NCBI GenBank assembly: GCA_051294375.1
Contig: JBJCIZ010000523.1
Location: 1-59,540 of the forward strand
From: Paraspadella gotoi
Taxonomy: Eukaryota; Animalia; Chaetognatha
Length of the DNA: 59,540 bases
Direction: 5' to 3'
Below, one piece after another: positions 51,923 to 59,540 of the stretch; position 1 is the first letter of the stretch; each line of letters begins with the position of its first letter. A model generated the notes under the pieces. That model searched no databases and was not told the DNA's origin. It was given only the letters and a program-made list of their open reading frames with translations. Position numbers and translations under genes: made by a program.

Positions 51923-54900
51923 AGGATAAAAACGTAAAAACATCAAAACGACTTTTCCAATTTAGCTAAAAAGAGACAAGTTAAAAAACACCGATAAACG
52001 TTTTCTAAGTAAAAAGTGATAAAAACGTTAAATACACCGAGCGACACTTTCCAAAGAGATAAAAACTTTAAAACAAAGAAAAAACGCTTTTTCCATGTAA
52101 AAAAGATAAAAACGTTAAATACACCGGCAAACATTTCCAATGTAAAAAGAGATAAAAACGTTAAAAACACAGAAACTTCTTTTTCAATATAAAAGAAATT
52201 AAAAACTTTTAAAAAAAACCGGCAAACGATTTTTCACATGTAAAAAGAGTTAAAAAACACCGATAAACGACTTTTCTAATGTAAAAAAGATAATTAATGT
52301 AAAAACACCAGCAAACGACTTTTCCAAAGGCATCTTAAACTTTAAAAAACAAAGAAAAAGCTTTTTCACAATGTAAAAAGAGATAAAACGTTAAATACAC
52401 GACAAACGACTTTTTCCATAAAAAAATGAAATAAACTGTTGAAAAACCAGAAACGACTTTTTCCTATGTAAAAAAAGTAAAAACTTAAAAAAAAAAAAAA
52501 CGACTTTTCTTTTGTAAAAAGAAAAAAAGTTAAAAAACACGAAAACGCTTTTCTATGTAAAAAGATAAAAAAAGTTAAATAAACACGGCAGAGATATTTC
52601 CAAAGGAGATAAAAAAACTTTAAAAACAAAGAAAAACGCTTTTTCCAATGTAAAAAGAGATAAAAAATTTCTAAAACACCGGAAAACGATATTTTCAAAG
52701 AAAAAAGAAATAAAAACGTTAAATACTTCTGCAAATAACATCATCGAGGTTGTTAAAATTGGGTGAGACAGTTATTAAATATTTTTTTATCAAAACAAAC
52801 AAATTTCCTCTCTTTTATTTTATGTCTCCTTCTCTCTCTCTTTTCTCTTTAATTTTATGTAGCTTTCTCTCACTCTCAATAGATAAAAAAGTTAAATACA
52901 CCAGAAAACGACTTTTTCTCTGTAAAAAGATATGAAAACTTTTAAAATAAACAGAAAACGATTTTTTCCAATGTAAAAAGGAAATTAAATGCGTGAAAAA
53001 CACCGAAAAACGACTTTTTCAACTATAAAAATAGACGATATAAAAAAAACTTTAAAACAAAGAAAAACGCTTTTTCCAATGTAAAAAGAGATAAAAATTT
53101 CTAAAACACCGGAAACGATATTTTCAAGAAAAAAGAAATAAAAACCTTAAAAACCTTCGGCCCCAGAAAAACTTTGTAATATATAAAAAGAAAAAAACGT
53201 TAAATAGCACCGGCACGACGACGTGTTCCAATGCTAGAAAAAGAAATAACTGCTTTTTCTTGTGACAACATTTCTCTAACTTTTTATCTCTTTGAAAAAA
53301 AGTCGTTTGCTGTGTTTTTTAACCGGTTTTTTTATCTTATTTTTACATAGGACAAGTCGTCGTGCCGAGTATTTAACGTTTTTATGTTCTTCCTTTACAT
53401 TGGAAAAGTTGATTTGTCGGGGTTTTTTATTCCTCTTTTTACATTGGAAAGAAAATCGTTTTGCCGGTTTTTTTTAAAGTTTTATACTCTTGTTTATATT
53501 GAAAAGAAGTTTGCTAGTGTTACGCTTTAACGTTTTTTCTTTCTTTATATTGGAAATCGTTTGTCGATGTTTTTGAACCTTCTTTATCTCTTTTATACTT
53601 GGAAAGAATATCGTGTGTCCGGTGTTTCTACGAATTTTTTATTCTGTTCTTTATCACATTGGAACAAAGCGTTTTCTTTATTTCTAAATTTTATCTCTTT
53701 GCATTGAAAATCGTTTCTGGTGTTTTAAACGTTTTTATCTCTTTTTACTTGGTAAGTCCGTCTGCCGCTGTAATTTAATCGTTTTTCATCTCTTTTTACA
53801 TTGGAAAAACGTTCCGTTTTTTTTTTTAAGTTTATTTCTTTTTACAAAAAAATCGTTTTCTGTTATTTTTAAGTTTTCATATCTTTTTACAAAGAGAAAA
53901 GTCGTTTTCTGGTGTGTATTTAACGTTTTTATCTCTATTGAGAGTAGAGAGAAACTACATAAATTAAAAGAGAAAAAGAGAGAGAGAAGGAAACATATAA
54001 AAAAAGAGAGGAATTTGTTGTTTTTATAAAAATATTTAATAACTGTCCTCACCAATTTTAACAACCTGCATTGATGTGAAGCGTGTATTGTCATATTGAA
54101 CCACGAACTTTCAGGTCGCCTCTCACTTCTAAAAGGCTATCGCCCACTCCGGCTTTTGGAATAAATAAGATATTCCGACTCCCTTCTATAACTCATCTGT
54201 AGCCTCTGTACATTGAAAATAATTGTTTGCCAGCTGTTTCTCTACGTGTTTTTATCCTTTTTAACGTTCTTATCTCTTTTTACATTAGGAAATGTCTTCT
54301 CGTCGGCTGTAGTCTAACGTTTTTAAAACGTTAAATACACCGGCAGACGACATTTCCAATGTAAAGGGAGATAAAAACGTTAAAAACACTAGCAAACTAC
54401 TTTTCCAATATAAAAAGAAATAAAAACTTTAAAAAAACCGGCAAACGATTTTTACAATGTAAAAAGAGATAAAAAAAACCGATAAACGACTTTTCTAATG
54501 TAAAAAGAGGTAATAACGTTAAAAACACCAGCAAACGACTTTTCCAAAGAGATAAAAACTTTAAAAACAAAGAAAAACGCTTTTTCCAATGTAAAAAGAG
54601 ATAAAAGGTAGAAAACACCAGAAAACGATAATTTCAAAGAAAAAAAAATTAAAACGTTAAAAACTTCTGCAAATAACATCATCGAGATTTTTAAAATTGG
54701 GTGAGGACAGTTATTAAATATGTTTTTTTTTACGTTTTATCAAAACAAACATACTTCCTCTCTTTTATTTTTATGTCTCCTCTCTCTCTTTTCTCTTTTA
54801 CTTTTATGTAGCTTTCTCTCACTCTCAATAGATAAAAACGTTAATTACACCAGAAAACGACTTTTCCTCCGTAAAATGATAAGAAAACTTTAAAAATAAA

Positions 54901-57900
54901 AGAAAACGATTTTTTCCAATGTAAAAAAAAATAAATGCGTTAAAAACACCGACAAACGACTTTTCCAATATAAAAAGAGATAAAAACTTTAGAAACAAAG
55001 AAAAACGCGTTTTCCCATGTAAAAAGAGATAAAAACGTAGAAAACACCGGCAAACAATATTTTCAATGTAAAAATAAATAAAAACTTTAAAAACTTTGGC
55101 AAACAACTTTTTCAATATAAAAAAAGATAAAAAGGTTAAAAACATCGACAAACGACTTTTCCAATGTAAAAAGAGATAAAAACGTGAAATACACTGGCAG
55201 ACGACATTTTCAATGTAAAAAGAGATAAAAACGTTAAAAACACAAGCAAACTTCTTTTCCAATATAAAAAGAAATAAAAACTTTAAAAAAACCGGCTAAC
55301 GATTTTTCCAATGTAAAAAGGGATAAAAAAAACCGATAAACGACTTTTCTAATGTAAAAAGTGATAAAAACGTTAAATACACCGGCAGACGACATTTCCA
55401 AAGAGATAAAAACTTTAAAAAAAAGAAAAACGCTTTTTCCAATGTGAAAAAAGATAAAAACGTTAATTACACCGGCCGACGACATTTACAATGTAAAAAG
55501 AAATAAAAACGTTTAAAACACTAGCAAACTTCTTTTCCAATATAAAAAGAAATAAAAACTTTAAAAAAACCGGCAAACGATTTTTCCAATGTAAAAAGAG
55601 ATAAAAAAAAAACCGATAAATGACTTTTCTAATGTAAAAAGAGATAATAACGTTAAAAACACCAGCAAACGACTTTTCAAAAGAGATAAAAACTTTAAAA
55701 ACAAAGAAAAACGCTTTTTCCATTATAAAAAGAGATAAAAACGTTAAAAACTTTGGCAAACGACTTTTCCAATAAAAAAAGAAATAGAACCGTTGAAAAA
55801 CCCGTCAAACGACTATTCCTATGTAAAAAAATCTAAAAACGTTAAAAAACATCAAAAAACGACTTTTCCTTTGTAAAAAGAGAAGAAAACGTTAAAAACA
55901 CCGAAAAACGACTTTTCCTTTTCCTATGTAAAAAGAGCTAAAAACGTCAAAAACACCAGAAAACGACTTTTCCAATGTGAAAAGAGATGAAAACGTTAAA
56001 AACACCGAAAAACGTCTTTTCCATTGTAAAAAAGGATAAAAAGGTTGAAAACACCAGAAAACAACTTCTTCAATAAGGAGATAGAAACTTTAAAAACAAA
56101 GAAAAACGCTTTTTCTAATGTAAAAAGAGATAAAACGTAGAAAAAACCGGAAAACGATAATTTCAAAGAAAAAAGAAATAAAAACGTTAAAAACTTCTGC
56201 ATTTAACATCATTGGAATTAACATTAGAATTAACATCATTGCAATTAACAACATTGGAAATGTCGTCTGCCGGTGTTTTTAACATTTTTATCTCTTTTTA
56301 TATTGAAAAAGTTGTTTGCCGAAGTTTTTAAGGTTTTTATTTCTTTTTACATTGAAAATATCGTTTGCCGGTGTTTTCAACGTTTTTATCTCTTTTTACA
56401 TTGGAAAAAGCGTTTTTCTTTGTTTCTAAAGTTTTTATCTCTTTTTATATTGGAAAAGTCGTTTTTCGGTGTTTTTAACGCATTTATTTCTTTTTACATT
56501 GGAAAAAATCGTTTTCTGTTATTTTTAAAGTTTTCATATCTTTTTACAGAGGAAAAGTCGTTTTCTGGTGTTTTTAACGTTTTTAACTATTGAGAGTGAA
56601 AGGAAGCTACATAAAATTAAAAGAGAAAAGAGAGAGAGAAGGAGACATAAAAATAAAAGAGAGGAAATTTGTTTGTTTTGATAAAACTTAAAAAAAACAT
56701 ATTTCATAACTGTCCTCACCCAATGTTAACAACCTCGATGATGATATTTGCAGAAGTTTTTAACGTTTATATTTCTTTTTTCTTTGAAATTATTGTTTTC
56801 CGTTGTTTTCTACGTTTTATCTCTTTTTACATTAGAAAAAGCGTTTTTCTTTGTTTTTAAAGTTTTATCTTTTTGGAAATGTCGTCTGCCGGTGTATTTA
56901 ACGTTTTTATCACTTTTTACATTAGAAAAGTCGTTTATCGGTGTTTTTTATCTCTTTTTACAATGGAAAAATCGTTTGCCGGTTTTTTTTTAGTTTTTAT
57001 TTCTTTTTATATTGGAAAAGAAGTTTTCTAGTGTTTTTAACGTTTTTATCTGTTTTTACATTAGAAATGTCGTCTGCCGGTGTATTTAACATTTTTATTT
57101 TTTTTTACATTGGAAAAGTCGTTTGTCGATGTTTTTAACCTTTTTATCTCTTTTTATATTGGAAAAAGCGTTTTTCTTTGTTTTTAAAGTTTTTATCTCT
57201 TTATTGAAGAAGTATTTTTCTGGTGTTTGCAACCTTTTTATCCTTTTTTACAATGGAAAAGACGTTTATCGGTGTTTTTAACGTTTTTATCTTTTTTCAC
57301 ATTGGAAAAGTCGTTTTCTGGTGTTTTTAACGTTTTTAGCTCTTTTTAAATAGGAAAAGGAAAAGGAAAAGTCGTTTTTCGGTGTTTTCAACGTTTTCTT
57401 TTCTTTTTACAAAAGAAAAGTCGTTTTTTGATGTTTTAAACGTTTTTAGCTTTTTTTACATAGGAACAGTCGTTTGACGGGTTTTTCAACGGTTTTAATT
57501 CTTTTTTATTGGAAAAGTCGTTTGCCAAAGTTTTTAACGTTTTTATCTCTTTTTACAATTGAAAAAGCGTTTTTCTTTGTTTTTAAAGTTTTTATCTCTT
57601 TGGAAAAGTCGTTAGTTGGTGTTTTTAACGTTATCTCTTTTTACATTAGAAAAATCGTTTATCGGTTTTTTTTATCTCTTTTTACATTGGAAAAAGCTTT
57701 TTTCTTTGTTTTAAAAGTTTTTATCTCCTTATTGAAGAAGTTGTTTTCTGGTGTTTTCAACCTTTTTATCCTTTTTTACAATTGAAAAGACGTTTTTCGG
57801 TGTTTTTAACGTTTTTATCTCTTTTCACATTGGAAAAGTCGTTTTCTGGTGTTTTAAACGTTTTTAGCTAATTTTACATTGGAAAAAAAAAGGAAAAGTC

Positions 57901-59540
57901 GTTTTTCGTTGTTTTTAACGTTTTTTTCTCTTTTTACAAAAGAAAAGTAGTTTTTTGATGTTTTTAACGTTTTTAGCTTTTTTTCATAGGAATAGTCGTT
58001 TGACGGGTTTTTCAATGGTTTTATTTCTTTTTTATTGGAAAAGTCGTTTGCCAAAGTTTTTAACGTTTTTATCTCTTTTCACATTGGAAAAAGCGTTTTT
58101 CTTTTTTTTTAAAGTTTTTATCTGTTTGGAAAAGTCGTTTGCTGGTGTTTTTTAAGTTATTATCTCTTTTTACATTAAAAAGTCGTTTATCGGTGTTTTT
58201 TATCTCTTTTTACATTGGAAAAATCGTGTGCCGGATTTTTTAAAGTTTTTATTTCTTTTTATATTGGAAAAGAAGTTTGCTAGTGTTTTTAACGTTTTTA
58301 TCTCTTTTTACATTGGAAATGTCGTCTGCCGGTGTATTTAACGTTTTTATCTCTTTTTGCATTTGAAAAAGTGTTTTTCTTTGATTTTAAAGTTTTTATC
58401 TTTTTGGAAATGTCGTTTTTATCTCTTTTTACATTAGAAAAGTCGTTTATCGATGTTTTTAACCTTTGTATTTCTTTTTATATTGAAAAAGTTGTTTGCC
58501 GAAGTTTTTAAGGTTTTATTTCTTTTTATACCATGGAAAAGAAGTTTGCTAGTGTTTTTTAACGTTTTTTATCTCTTTTTACATTGGAAAAAGTGTTTTT
58601 CTTTGATTTTAAAGTAATTTTTATTTTTTGAAATGTCGTCTGCCGGTGTATTTAACGTTTTTAATCACTTTTTACATTAGAAAAAAGTCGTTTATTCGTT
58701 TTCTTTATATCTTTTTACATTGGAAAATCGTTTGCCGGGTTTTTTTTAAAGTTTTTATTTCTTTTAATATTGGAAAAGAAGTTTGCTAGTGTTTTTAACG
58801 TTTTTAATCCTTTTTTACATATCATTGGAAATGTCGTCTGCCGGTGTATTTAACGTTTTTATCACTTTTTTAACCATTAGAAAAGTCGTTTGTCGGTGTT
58901 TTTTATCTCTTTTTACATTGGAAAAAATTGTTTTCTGTTATTCTTAAAGTTTTCATTTCTTTTTACAGAGGAAAAATCGTTTTCTGGTGTATTAAAACGT
59001 TTTTATCTATTGAGAGTGAGAGAAGCTACATAAAATTAAAAAATAAAAGAGAGGAAAGTTATCGTTTTTCGGTGTTTTCTAGTTTTAACTTTTATTGAAG
59101 AAAGTTGTTTTCTGGTGTTTTCAACCTTTTTATCCTTTTTTACAATGGAAATGACGTTCTTCGGTGGCTTTTAATGTTTTCTGGTGTTTTTAACGTTTTT
59201 AGCTTTTTTACATAGGAAAAGGAAAAGGAAAAGTCGTTTTTCGGGTGTTTTTTAACGTTTTCTTCTCTTTTGACAAAAGAAATGTCGTTTTTTGAATGTT
59301 TTTTATACGTTTTAGCTTTTTTTACAATAGGAATATTCGGTTTGACGGGTTTTTTTCAACGGTTTTTATTCTTCTTTTATATGGAAAAGTCGTCTGCCTG
59401 TGTATTTAACGTTTTATCTCTTTTTACATTGGAAAAAGCGTTTTCTTTGTTATTAAAGTTTTTATCTCTTTGGAAATGTCGTCTGCCGGTGTATTTAACG
59501 TTTTTAATCACTTTTTACATTAGAAAAGTGTTTATTGCGT
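51923..59540. repeat. 49-bp satellite array with alternating orientation and higher-order structure
   Basis: A-rich strand at 51923-53270 and 54325-56200, T-rich strand at 53270-54325 and 56250-59540. Confidence 0.95.

Noticed and set aside
47306-58155. Many hydrophobic F/L/K-rich ORFs resembling membrane proteins
   Set aside because: Translations of the T-rich strand of the 49-bp satellite. The unit length is not a multiple of 3, so the same peptides cycle through the frames.
46473-59540. CRISPR-like array
   Set aside because: Units are head-to-tail with no unique spacers, there are no cas genes, and the context is eukaryotic.

Overview
AT-rich eukaryotic (probably animal) heterochromatin-type window made almost entirely of nested non-autonomous transposons and tandem repeats. 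I cannot support any intact protein-coding gene, and the ORF track mostly reflects repeat translations. Recognisable by their termini and target-site duplications (TSDs) are two hAT MITE families (8-bp TSD), a Kolobok-like element (TTAA TSD), a Tc1/mariner-like fold-back (TA TSD), Helentron/DINE-1-like elements carrying an 18-bp minisatellite, and a SINE-like insert. There is also a 49-bp satellite and short (TTAGGG)n tracts. About 18.5 kb is present twice (about 1516-20130 and 22878-41182). Four gaps are exactly 25 N and several stretches are indel-rich, so much of the duplication is probably a long-read gap-filling artefact or alternative haplotypes. The most interesting signals are: (1) a 1.55-kb segment seen in both orientations with all four junctions present; (2) a perfect 74-bp hairpin insert carrying a Penelope-type minimal hammerhead-like motif; (3) an endonuclease-like exon/intron cassette amplified inside the satellite; (4) a templated-insertion-like scar at a satellite inversion. 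I see no firm evidence of a wholly new biological system. All comparisons were made by eye, and the organism cannot be identified from this window.
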